Assembly: GCA_029560215.1 (NCBI GenBank)
Contig: JAKPZB010000078.1
Location: 1 to 48,142, forward strand
Direction: 5' to 3'
DNA from: Methanobacteriota archaeon
GTDB taxonomy: Archaea > Thermoplasmatota > Thermoplasmata > Methanomassiliicoccales > UBA472
Length of the DNA: 48,142 bases
Below the pieces are notes generated by a model. It saw nothing but the letters and a program-made list of their open reading frames with translations, searched no databases and was not told the origin of the DNA. Within the stretch, counting starts at the first letter, position 1. Every line of letters starts with the position of its first letter. Below, piece after piece: positions 25,850 to 34,638 of this stretch. A program made the translations under genes and the position numbers.

Positions 25850-26689
25850 TTCCATCGAGCATCCCGCCCCCAGCAGCAGGAACCCCGGGAAGCGGTCCGA
25901 GAAAAGTTTGGTGGCCGCGAACCCGGTGCAGTGCATAGGGGCCACCTTCTCCAATCCCGCCTGCTTCATCCCGTCCACCGTCCTCAGCAGGAGGTTGGCG
26001 TCGGCCTTTCCCAGGTGGAAGCCTCCGGCGGCCATGAGCAGCTTCCGTCCGGTGTGCATGCGGACTTGCGAAAGGATGTTCACCACGCCCGGATGCCCGC
26101 AGCCGGTGAGCACCACCAGTCCGTGGCGGGTGGACAGGCACAGGGCCTGCTCCTCCATCACCAGGTCCGGGACCAGCTCGCCGTTCTGTTCTCGATGGAA
26201 GGATGACGGCCTTTCGAAATCCGTCCTCCGGAACACCTCCCCGGTGGTGCTCACCCCGTTCGCCAGCTCCTTAGGGCGGTCGTCGTAGGAAGGCGGATGC
26301 TCCTTCAGGAGCGAGAGCAGCTCGTCGGACGGCCCTATCTCCTTTCTTACCCCGGAGGCCTCCACGAATCGCCGTCCCTGGAAGGTCAGGGGATGGGTGT
26401 GCACCGGTATCCCCTCCCGGAGCAGGAGCGGCAGCGCGCCCAGATGATCGTAGTGGCCGTGGGAGATGAAGACCAGGTCGATGTCCTTCGGCCGGAGGCC
26501 GAGGAGGTTCAGGTTGTGGACGAAGGTCCCTTCAGATGAACCGGCGTCCAGCAGGACCCTTTTTCCCTGGTCGGTCTCGACGAGAAGAGAAAGGCCGTGC
26601 TCGGCGAGGAAGTTGCCAGGGATTTTAGAAATGGATAAAAAGGGGTTTGAGATGCCTGAACTGTCATCGACCAGGCAGGTAAGGCGCAC
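25844..26689 (-). CDS. MBL-fold metallo-hydrolase (COG1237-like)
   Basis: AEHGLSLLVETDQGKRVLLDAGSS...DIDLVFISHGHYDHLGALP carries the HxHxDH motif. As I recall, this group includes the archaeal dihydropteroate-synthase analogue of methanopterin biosynthesis; assignment to that function is not established here. Confidence 0.6.
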   Translation of the reverse strand: MRLTCLVDDSSGISNPFLSISKIPGNFLAEHGLSLLVETDQGKRVLLDAGSSEGTFVHNLNLLGLRPKDIDLVFISHGHYDHLGALPLLLREGIPVHTHPLTFQGRRFVEASGVRKEIGPSDELLSLLKEHPPSYDDRPKELANGVSTTGEVFRRTDFERPSSFHREQNGELVPDLVMEEQALCLSTRHGLVVLTGCGHPGVVNILSQVRMHTGRKLLMAAGGFHLGKADANLLLRTVDGMKQAGLEKVAPMHCTGFAATKLFSDRFPGFLLLGAGCSMEL

Positions 26690-28339
26690 CTACGCGTCCT
26701 CTCCCTTCTTGACGATCTTCAACGCGCTGAAGTTGTAGACGCTCTCCGGGCAGACGGCCTGGCAGTTCTTGCAGGCCGTGCCGAGGCAATGCTCGGTGTT
26801 GACGCGGATGAGGAACTTCTTGTCCCCCATGGCAGTGACCTGCAGGGCGCACTCGGGGCATTCCTTCTGGCACTTCTTGCAGCCTATGCAGCCCTCGAAG
26901 GAGCCCATGAGATATACGCCAACATCGTCCAGGGTCCTCAGGCCGCGAGCGCCGATGACCGGGATATCCGAGAGCACCAGACGGATGGTCTCCTTCGGGC
27001 GTACGATGTCCGGGAGCGGGCGCAGCCCGGCGTGCCTGACCATCTCGTTGTACATTTCCATGGACATGCCCTCGGTCCAGTAGGCAATCTCGTTGACGTA
27101 GATGTCCTCGAACACCTTGCTGGTGGCGAACATGATGTGCTTGCTGGATATCGCGTTCGCCACATCCTGCATCTTGTCCAGGCCGTCGTCGTCCACCAGG
27201 ATGTCGTAGGACATCATCAGGGAGGTGTTGCCGGCCTGCACGGTCTTCTCCAGGACCCGGGGGATGAGGCCCACGGTCTGGGCCTTGATCGGATCGACGT
27301 AGGTTCCGGAAGCGCCGGCCATGTACATGGTCCTGATATCCGTGTCGTCCACGCCGACCTCCTCGATCAGGGTGCGGTGCCCGGCGCGGATGGCTCCGAT
27401 GGCCTTTCCCGCCTCGCGCACGTCCTCCTCGCCGAAGTAGATGCCGTTGGTGAGGTGTATCTTCCGGTCGGGGGTGTTTACGTACGGCAGCTTTATCACG
27501 CCGGTCTCCAGCCCGATGGCCATGGCGGCCACGGTGCCGGTGCCGGTTATTCCCCGGGCGACCACGCCGTCCAGGCGCTGCTCCTCTCCAGTGCTGGGGT
27601 CCACCAGGGCCGATCTGACCGGGTGCAGCTTGTCGTTGAGAACGATGTTGTACCATCTTCCGTTCTCTCCGAGCACGATGTCGGATATGGCCTGTGGAGC
27701 GGCCAGCATGCCGAAGTCGATGGACTGCCCCTCCATGGCCGGTCCGGCGGCGGCGGAGCCGGTGTACAGCTCGCCCTTGTAGAACAGGCCCATCTCAGCG
27801 TTGGTGCCGTAATCGGTCACCATGCAGGTCTCCTTCTTGTCCATCAGCCCGGTCTTCATGATCATGGCCAGGGCGTCCGCGCCTATCTCATGGCGGATGG
27901 ACGGAGGGATGCGGACCTCGGCGGTGCGCTTGACCGAGCTCATTCCCAGCTCCTCGGCCTTTAGGGAGTGGGCCTTGCGCTCGGGGACCTTGACGTTGAG
28001 CCTCTTAAGTATGGACTGGCCGGCGAAGGCCAGGTCGCGGATCTCGATCTTCTCGAACATGGACATCTGGGCCGGGTTCCCGCATACCGACACGCGCTCG
28101 ATCTCCTCGGCCTTGGCGCCCATGGTGGCGATCAGCTTGTCGACCGTCTCGATGACAATGCGGTGCCCCACGTCCGCGCCGTTCTCCATCCAGAAATGAA
28201 GATGGTCCATGATGTTGGCCCCGGGAAGCGGGTGCCTCATGGTTATGGCCGTAGCCAGGATCTTGCCTTTCTTGTCCAGATCTACCAGGTGCCCCCGGTA
28301 ACCGCTAGTTCCTAAATCCAGCGCGACTCCCAATGCCAT
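26690..28339 (-). CDS. ramA: RamA-type corrinoid protein reductive activase (ASKHA ATPase plus 2x[4Fe-4S] ferredoxin domain)
   Basis: ALGVALDLGTSGYRGHLVD at the N-terminus, and C-terminal CIGCKKCQKECP and CLGTACKNCQAVCP. ATG at 28339 with a GAGGT Shine-Dalgarno element is preferred over 28396. Confidence 0.85.
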   Translation of the reverse strand: MALGVALDLGTSGYRGHLVDLDKKGKILATAITMRHPLPGANIMDHLHFWMENGADVGHRIVIETVDKLIATMGAKAEEIERVSVCGNPAQMSMFEKIEIRDLAFAGQSILKRLNVKVPERKAHSLKAEELGMSSVKRTAEVRIPPSIRHEIGADALAMIMKTGLMDKKETCMVTDYGTNAEMGLFYKGELYTGSAAAGPAMEGQSIDFGMLAAPQAISDIVLGENGRWYNIVLNDKLHPVRSALVDPSTGEEQRLDGVVARGITGTGTVAAMAIGLETGVIKLPYVNTPDRKIHLTNGIYFGEEDVREAGKAIGAIRAGHRTLIEEVGVDDTDIRTMYMAGASGTYVDPIKAQTVGLIPRVLEKTVQAGNTSLMMSYDILVDDDGLDKMQDVANAISSKHIMFATSKVFEDIYVNEIAYWTEGMSMEMYNEMVRHAGLRPLPDIVRPKETIRLVLSDIPVIGARGLRTLDDVGVYLMGSFEGCIGCKKCQKECPECALQVTAMGDKKFLIRVNTEHCLGTACKNCQAVCPESVYNFSALKIVKKGEDA

Positions 28340-28507
28340 GGATAACCTCGAGGGGAGGAATGCCATCGTCGGATTTATAATACTGTTCCCCTTCATCCCC
28401 CCGTCAGAAAGGTAGGCCAGCCTGCGGCCATGGTGGCGTTTATCGCGCCCCGCTCCGGGACAACGGAATTATACCTGAAAGGCCCTTAACGGCGCTAGTG
28501 TGATTAC

Positions 28508-29173
28508 ATGAGGATCGCCCAGGTGACTGGTTTCTTGGGGAGCGGCAAGACCACCTTCCTGATCGAGGTGGCCAAGGAGCTTAACTCCCGCGGGCTCAAG
28601 GTGGCCACCATCGTGAACGACGTCGGCCATATCAACGTCGACCGCAAGTGCATGGAGGTGCACGGCATCGACACCATGGAGATATCCGGAGGATGCATCT
28701 GTTGCGAGGTGCAGGGCACCCTCACCACCACGGTGACCAACATCTACATGAGCTACCGGCCGGACGTCATTCTGGTCGAGCCCACCGGCGTGGCCATCCC
28801 CCTCGGCCTCAAGCAGGCCGCGGCGGAGACGGTCAAGAAGATGCCCAAGGTCCTGGAGCAGTCGCCGATCGTCACCTTCGTGGACGCCATGCGCATCGAC
28901 AAGCTCATGAACAACGTCCGCCGGCTGGTCGAGACCCAGATCGTGGAGGCGGACGCCGTGCTCATCAACAAGGTGGACGCGGTGAGCGATGAGCGCCTGC
29001 GCCAGGTGACCGAGATGGTGACGGGGCTGAACCCGGAGGTACGGTTGTTCTACGGCTCGTCGCGGACAGGGCAGGGCGTCAAGGAGGTGGCCGACCTGAT
29101 GGTGCATGGACAGGCGGTCACCTACGACCTCTCGGACGCCGAGGAACGCTTCGACCGGAAGTACGGGGAGTGA
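28508..29173 (+). CDS. CobW/COG0523-family G3E GTPase, GTPase domain only
   Basis: P-loop GFLGSGKTT, metal motif GCICCE, VEPTGVA, and NKVD. Ends after about 220 aa. Confidence 0.85.
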   Translation: MRIAQVTGFLGSGKTTFLIEVAKELNSRGLKVATIVNDVGHINVDRKCMEVHGIDTMEISGGCICCEVQGTLTTTVTNIYMSYRPDVILVEPTGVAIPLGLKQAAAETVKKMPKVLEQSPIVTFVDAMRIDKLMNNVRRLVETQIVEADAVLINKVDAVSDERLRQVTEMVTGLNPEVRLFYGSSRTGQGVKEVADLMVHGQAVTYDLSDAEERFDRKYGE

Positions 29174-29177
29174 ACGG

Positions 29178-29630
29178 ATGGACCAGAAGGAAAGACAGCT
29201 TCTCACCCACCGCGCCTCGGACGAGCTGGGAAAGTTCTCCATGTGGTTGCGTTTGTACATCACCGACCCCTTGGACGGAGCGCGATCGGAAAAGATGGTC
29301 CTGGACCTTATGAACGGAATAACCAAGGAATGCTTCGCCCGGGGGGCAGACATGATCGGGCACGTCAAGTCCTTCCTGACCGCCGAGGGCGGCTCGACCA
29401 TATCGGTCAGCCTAATCGACCTGGACATCCCGCCGACGGTGCAGAACCGCTTCGACGGCACCATGATGAGCCGGGGCGAGCTCATCGTCCATGTCATCGT
29501 GCACGGGATGTGGGACCCCCAGGTCCGTGAGACGTCGCTGGAGTTCACCAAGGGGTTCATGGCCGAGCGCTCCATCGACTACGAAGTGATCAACGACTTC
29601 TACGAGAAGGAGAAGCGGGTCAAGGACTGA
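29178..29630 (+). CDS. Possible detached CobW C-terminal-domain-like protein
   Basis: 150-aa ORF starting 4 nt after the GTPase stop in another frame. The combined length (about 370 aa) equals a full-length COG0523 protein. GHVKSFL...ISVSLID weakly recalls the CobW_C beta pattern. Confidence 0.4.
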   Translation: MDQKERQLLTHRASDELGKFSMWLRLYITDPLDGARSEKMVLDLMNGITKECFARGADMIGHVKSFLTAEGGSTISVSLIDLDIPPTVQNRFDGTMMSRGELIVHVIVHGMWDPQVRETSLEFTKGFMAERSIDYEVINDFYEKEKRVKD

Positions 29631-29669
29631 GCGGGAAAGGATATCTACGGCCCATGCCCATTAGGGCGC

Positions 29670-30719
29670 ATGTTCCCGCGTGAAAGGTTCGAGGCAGCTT
29701 TTGAGAAAGCCCCCGCCGACCGACCGCCAATCATGTATCAACATCTCGGGGCGGCGAGGACCGTTCTTAACGCCGCCGGGCTCACCATGCGGGAGGGCTT
29801 CCACGACCCGGAGAAGTTCGCCAAGATATGCATCATGGCCCAGCGCATCACCGGCTTCGACAACGTGATGGCCGGATGGGGGGACATTCTGGTCGAAGCG
29901 AGGGCGCACGGCACCCGGTGGAGGTGGCCGGAGAAGGACTATTACCCGAGGTCGGACGGCTACGCCATATCGTCCCTGGCCGAACTGGACAAGGTCCAGC
30001 CCGTCGATCCCATGAAGGATGAGTTCTGGTCCGTTCCCCTTCGGGCCGCGGGGCTGCTTCAGGAACGCCACGGCAACGAGGTGGCGGTGGTCGGCTGCAT
30101 CAACGGGCCGATGATGATGAGCGGGGAGATCATGGGTTACGAAAATTTGCTGATGTCCACCTGGTCCGAGCCCGACCTGGCCTCTCAGCTCATGGACCGC
30201 ATGCTGGAGTCGTCGCGGATGTACGGCGAACACCTCTCAAGGATGGGGATCGGCCACGTGTTCATCGAGGATGGCACCTGCTCGCCGGACGTGAACTCCA
30301 TAGAGGGACTGCGGAAGTTCGATCTTGGGTATCTGTCCAAGCTAATGGCCTCCTTCCGTTCAAACGGAATAAGGTCCATCGTTCACAATTGCGCGGTCAA
30401 TCCCTATACAGATGGTTACCTGGAGATGACCATCGAGGCACTGCATCTCACCCCCAAGGCCGATGACCGCAAGGCGGCCTACGACAGATTCCGCTCCCGG
30501 ACTACGGTGATTGGAGGAATAGACCAGACCTTCCTGCTCTTCAAGGGCACCCCTGCGCAGGTGGAGGCCGAGGTCCGGGGAATGATGAACGATTGGGGCG
30601 ATGCTCCGGGCTTCATGATCGCCCCGGGATGCGAGATGCCCTTCAAGACCCCGATCGAGAACATCATCGCCCTTAGAGAGGCTGCTGCAAGATGCTACTC
30701 CGGGTCGGGCAATGGTTGA
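29670..30719 (+). CDS. URO-D-family methyltransferase (MtaA/MtbA/CmuA-like), divergent member
   Basis: 349 aa. N-terminal RERFEAAFEKAPADRPPIM, putative Zn ligands in VHNCAV (HxC) and APGCEMP. Confidence 0.7.
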   Translation: MFPRERFEAAFEKAPADRPPIMYQHLGAARTVLNAAGLTMREGFHDPEKFAKICIMAQRITGFDNVMAGWGDILVEARAHGTRWRWPEKDYYPRSDGYAISSLAELDKVQPVDPMKDEFWSVPLRAAGLLQERHGNEVAVVGCINGPMMMSGEIMGYENLLMSTWSEPDLASQLMDRMLESSRMYGEHLSRMGIGHVFIEDGTCSPDVNSIEGLRKFDLGYLSKLMASFRSNGIRSIVHNCAVNPYTDGYLEMTIEALHLTPKADDRKAAYDRFRSRTTVIGGIDQTFLLFKGTPAQVEAEVRGMMNDWGDAPGFMIAPGCEMPFKTPIENIIALREAAARCYSGSGNG

Positions 30720-30892
30720 ACGTTTGTTAAAATATTTACAATCGTTTCATCTCCATTGAATCGAGCCAGTAGTAAATAATTAACCAGTGTTAATGGATGC
30801 TCTTCAAACCTTTCGTTACGATAGATTAATGTACAGAAAATTAGATACTCGCAATTAGGTCAGATTCCTACTGGATATAAGGAGGAAGTAAT

Positions 30893-31909
30893 TTGTCCGA
30901 AAAATTGACTCCGAGGGACAGGGTATTAGATGCCCTTAAGGGAAAGAAGCATGACAGACCCCCGGTCGCGGTCTTCACTCAGAGCGCTACCATGGGACAG
31001 ATGGACAGACTCGGTGTGGCCTGGCCGGAAGCCCATTACGACATCGATAAGATGGTGACCTTGGGCGGGGGACAGGCCAAGATCTTTGGGTTCGAGGCCG
31101 TCAGGGCTCCGTTCTGCCTTACCGTAGAGGCGGAGAGCCTGGGCATGACCGTTGACAAAGGCCGAAAGGACCGTACCCCGATGGTCAAGGGACACTCCGC
31201 GGCCATGGAGGACGAACCGGCCCTCATTGATGTCGGAACCTTCCTGAAGTCGGGCCGCGCGGCTATCGTTCAGAAGGCCGTCACCAAGATGAAGGCGGTC
31301 TATGGCGCCGAGTACCCGGTGATCGCCGGGAACACTGGACCGTTCACCCTGGCCGGTCACCTGGTCGGTACCGAGAACTTGGTGCTGTACATCATGGTCG
31401 ACCCACCTCTAGTGAACAAGTGGGTCGAAGCGGCTAACGTCATATGCAAGGGATACAGCCAGGCCCTGGCGGATGCTGGAGCAGATGTCGTCCAGATGTC
31501 CGAGCCTTCCGCTAGCACCGACCTGCTCTCGCCGGATATGTTCGATGATTACGCAGGCAAGTACGTGGCAGACAGCCTGGCCCCGGTCAAGGGAGCCACA
31601 GGCGTTCTGCACATCTGCGGCAACACCACCGACATCCTGAACAACATGATCAACACCGGCGTCAAGGCCCTCTCCATCGAGGAGAAGGTCGTCCCGGAAG
31701 AGGCGGTCAGGATCGTCAACCACCGCGCCGCACTGATCGGTAACGTCGGTGTGGTCAACCCGCTGCTGCAGGGAACCCCTGAGGACGTCCTAGCCCACGG
31801 AAAGCGCTGCGCTGCCGCCGGCTTCGACGTGGTGTCCCCGGGATGCGGCCTCTCCGCCCTGATCAAGGACGAGAACCTGGCCGCCCTGGTCAAGGCCGTA
31901 AAGGGCTAA
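30893..31909 (+). CDS. Methylcobamide:CoM methyltransferase (MtaA/MtbA type)
   Basis: 338 aa. LTPRDRVLDALKGKKHDRPPVA, LHICGNT (HxC) and SPGCGLS Zn-ligand motifs. TTG start with GGAGG 8 nt upstream. Confidence 0.85.
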   Translation: MSEKLTPRDRVLDALKGKKHDRPPVAVFTQSATMGQMDRLGVAWPEAHYDIDKMVTLGGGQAKIFGFEAVRAPFCLTVEAESLGMTVDKGRKDRTPMVKGHSAAMEDEPALIDVGTFLKSGRAAIVQKAVTKMKAVYGAEYPVIAGNTGPFTLAGHLVGTENLVLYIMVDPPLVNKWVEAANVICKGYSQALADAGADVVQMSEPSASTDLLSPDMFDDYAGKYVADSLAPVKGATGVLHICGNTTDILNNMINTGVKALSIEEKVVPEEAVRIVNHRAALIGNVGVVNPLLQGTPEDVLAHGKRCAAAGFDVVSPGCGLSALIKDENLAALVKAVKG

Positions 31910-31929
31910 AAGCCCTCAAACCCCCTTTT

Positions 31930-33042
31930 TCATTTTTCCTTTTTTCTTGCTTTTCCATCCTGGTCGAAGTACCGTCCCTTGAACCATAGCGACAGATTGA
32001 CCAGGCTTATGAGCGCCGGCACCTCCACCAAAGGTCCGACCACCGCGGCGAAGGCCACCCCCGAACCGATGCCGAAGACCCCTATGGCCACGGCGATGGC
32101 CAGCTCGAAGTTGTTGGAGGAGGCGGTGAAGGATTGCGCGGCCGCGTGCGGATAGTCGAAGCGCAGCTTGATGGAGAGATAGAAGGAAAGCAGGAACATC
32201 ACCAGGAAGTATATCAGCAGGGGAATGGCTATGCGAAGGACATCAAGAGGCAGCTCGACCAGGTACTCGCCCTTCAGGGAGAACATCACCACGATGGTGA
32301 ACAGCAGAGCGAGGAGAGAGACCTTGCCCATGACCGGCATGAACCGCCCGTCATACCATTCCGGCCCCTTCCTTTTTCTAAGGAAGCGGCGGGTCAGCAT
32401 CCCTCCGAAGAAAGGTATGCCGAGATATATCAGGACGGTGACCGCGACCTGCACTATGGTTATGTCGACCTCCACCCCCGAGCCGGGAACGAGGGCCTCG
32501 GAAAGCACGAACACCAGGAAGTAGGCGTAGAAGGCGTAGAGGGCGATCTGAAAGAGGGAGTTGAGGGCCACCAGGACCGCGGCGTACTCGGAATCGCCCT
32601 TGGCCAGCTGGTTCCAGACCAGGACCATGGCGATGCAGCGGGCGATGCCCGTCAGGATCAGGCCGATGCGGTACTCGGGGAGATCGGGAAGGAAGATCCA
32701 GGCCAGGACGAACATCAACATCGGCCCGACCAGGTAGTTGAGGAGTAGCGAGACCGAGAACATCCTCTTGGTCTCCGGCATGCGGGTCAGTTTCGGAAGG
32801 TCCTCGTACCTCACCTTGGCCAGGGGAGGGAACATCATGAGGATGAGGCCGATGGCGATGGGCAGGGAAGTGGTCCCCACGCTCAGGGAGTCCAGGGCAT
32901 CGGCCAGACCGGGAACGGCGGTGCCAAGCCCGACCCCTATGGCCATGGCCAGGAAGATCCATACGGTCAGGTACCGGTTCAGGAACGAAAGCTTACCCGA
33001 GGCGTTCGACACTGTGTCACCTGCTCGGTAATCGCGGTTCAA
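31930..33042 (-). CDS. acr3: ACR3-family arsenite efflux transporter
   Basis: About 370 aa, 10-TM pattern. [23 protein letters not shown] and the ...[14 protein letters not shown]... segments are typical of ACR3. Confidence 0.85.
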   Translation of the reverse strand: MNRDYRAGDTVSNASGKLSFLNRYLTVWIFLAMAIGVGLGTAVPGLADALDSLSVGTTSLPIAIGLILMMFPPLAKVRYEDLPKLTRMPETKRMFSVSLLLNYLVGPMLMFVLAWIFLPDLPEYRIGLILTGIARCIAMVLVWNQLAKGDSEYAAVLVALNSLFQIALYAFYAYFLVFVLSEALVPGSGVEVDITIVQVAVTVLIYLGIPFFGGMLTRRFLRKRKGPEWYDGRFMPVMGKVSLLALLFTIVVMFSLKGEYLVELPLDVLRIAIPLLIYFLVMFLLSFYLSIKLRFDYPHAAAQSFTASSNNFELAIAVAIGVFGIGSGVAFAAVVGPLVEVPALISLVNLSLWFKGRYFDQDGKARKKEK

Positions 33043-33158
33043 AATATATTGAAATATTCTAGGTTTACCAGTTCGGGGATTATCGGACCACGGCCGGTCG
33101 GCGGGCCGTGATCGCTGGTAAGTATTTTTAGATCCGGCAACCGGCCCTCATAGGGCAT

Positions 33159-33401
33159 TCATTCCTTGAGCATCTCGACCAGTTCGCCCACCGGAGGGAC
33201 CTTTCCCATGAACCTGAGCATCCCGTCGATCGCCAGGGCCGGGGTGACCATTATTCCCCGGTCGGTAATGGCATCGATGTCCTCGATCTTGACCACCTCG
33301 GCCTTAATCCCGGCCTGGTCTAGGGCCTCGATGACGTTCCTTTCCAACCTCTTGCATTTGGCGCATCCGGTACCGAACACCTCAATCTTCACGATCTTCA
33401 A
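33159..33401 (-). CDS. Small thioredoxin-fold protein (redox-active disulfide protein 2 type)
   Basis: 80 aa. MKIVKIEVFGTGCAKCKRLE...TPALAIDG with a CxxC motif. This type is commonly paired with the permease family found upstream. Confidence 0.8.
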   Translation of the reverse strand: MKIVKIEVFGTGCAKCKRLERNVIEALDQAGIKAEVVKIEDIDAITDRGIMVTPALAIDGMLRFMGKVPPVGELVEMLKE

Positions 33402-33437
33402 CCTCCGATATAGTGCGAGAACATACCATCATCCTGT

Positions 33438-34478
33438 TCATCCTGCTAACGCTCCGAATATCATACCGGCGACGGTGGACATCAGTACCACCAACAACGC
33501 ATACGCCACCGTCTTCTTCACGCCCATGATCCGTCCCAAGACCACCAGGGAGGGGGCGCTGATCGTTGGACCTGAAAGGAGGAGGGCAAGGGCGGGACCG
33601 GCGGCCATGGCCCCGGTGGAATAGCCGAAGGTGGTACCGATTATGGGAACCTCCAGCAGGGTGGGCATATAAAGTATCGTGCCAAGGATGGAAGCGAGCA
33701 GGTTGGCCGATGGTGAATTATCCCCCAAATACGGAGAGAAGGTCTCTGGAGGAAGGAAATATGCCAGGACGCCTACGGCGAATGTCCCGACGAGCAGAAT
33801 CGGCACTATCTTCTTGGCCAGGTCCCATGTCTCCATTCCCCAGTCGGTGATCTCGTCCCTCTCGAAATGATATATCGCCAGATAGGCCACCAGAAGGGTC
33901 AACGCATACACCATCGGCAACTTAACAAGCCAATCCAGCGGTGAAGCGCCTATCACCAGGATGAGGATCAGGAGGGAGAAGAAGCTGAGGATCACCCATT
34001 TCGGCTTTTCCTCCCCGCTCGATGGCAGCTTGAACTCGCCTTTGGGCCGCTCATTGCGGAACAGACCGGCCATGATCAGTCCCACCAGCATCGACATGCC
34101 TATCGCGGCGATCGCCCTGGCGATCCCAATATCGTAGCCGAGCACTTGGGCGGTGTAGATGATGGCCAGGACGTTTATACCCGGTCCGGCGAACAGGAAG
34201 GTGATCGCTGGACCCAATCCGCTCCCTTTTTTATAGATGCCAGTGAAGAGGGGCAGAATGGTGCAGCTGCACACCGCCAGCACCAGGCCGGATATGGAAG
34301 CCACCGGATATGATATGTATTTCCGGGTATGTGGACCGAAGTACTTCAGGATGGCCTCCTTCCTGACAAAGGCGGCGATGGCACCGGCGATGAAGAACGC
34401 CGGTATCAAGCAGGTGAGGGTGTGCTGGGAAACGTACTCGATCAATCCATCGATGCCGCTCCGCAACGCCCCCAACAA
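33438..34478 (-). CDS. COG0701-type permease (ArsP-like)
   Basis: 346 aa, multi-TM, with the conserved vicinal Cys motif AVCSCTILPLF. Confidence 0.75.
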   Translation of the reverse strand: MLGALRSGIDGLIEYVSQHTLTCLIPAFFIAGAIAAFVRKEAILKYFGPHTRKYISYPVASISGLVLAVCSCTILPLFTGIYKKGSGLGPAITFLFAGPGINVLAIIYTAQVLGYDIGIARAIAAIGMSMLVGLIMAGLFRNERPKGEFKLPSSGEEKPKWVILSFFSLLILILVIGASPLDWLVKLPMVYALTLLVAYLAIYHFERDEITDWGMETWDLAKKIVPILLVGTFAVGVLAYFLPPETFSPYLGDNSPSANLLASILGTILYMPTLLEVPIIGTTFGYSTGAMAAGPALALLLSGPTISAPSLVVLGRIMGVKKTVAYALLVVLMSTVAGMIFGALAG

Positions 34479-34638
34479 AATGTCTTCCGTCGGACCACCT
34501 TCAATTTCAAATTATTTTGTAATGGCATTCGATAGATAATAAATATTATTTAAAATATTCTAGAAACAGTTTGCCTCATATACAGTATCCAGTGCGCGTC
34601 GCTCCGTTGGAAAGGCGGCGAGGTGACGGTAATCTTCG

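Noticed and set aside
30720-30892. ATGGATG half-site (TAATGGATGCTC, about 30792-30803) upstream of the MtaA/MtbA gene as a sixth operator.
   Set aside because: There is only one half-site and no ATCCAT partner at N5 spacing. It could be a degenerate site, but this is not supportable from the sequence alone.
24190-31909. Pyrrolysine-dependent methylamine methyltransferases or in-frame amber codons in the methyltransferase island.
   Set aside because: No MtmB/MtbB/MttB-like ORF or pyl gene is present. No pair of same-frame ORFs separated by a single TAG was seen. TAG is used as an ordinary stop here (for example at 10500-10502 and 25847-25849).
31930-34478. The arsenic-type cluster (ACR3, thioredoxin-like protein, ArsP-like permease) as a novel system.
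   Set aside because: Each component is a common, recognisable resistance or efflux family, and the thioredoxin-permease pairing is widespread. The absence of arsC/arsR within the cluster is not unusual enough to flag.
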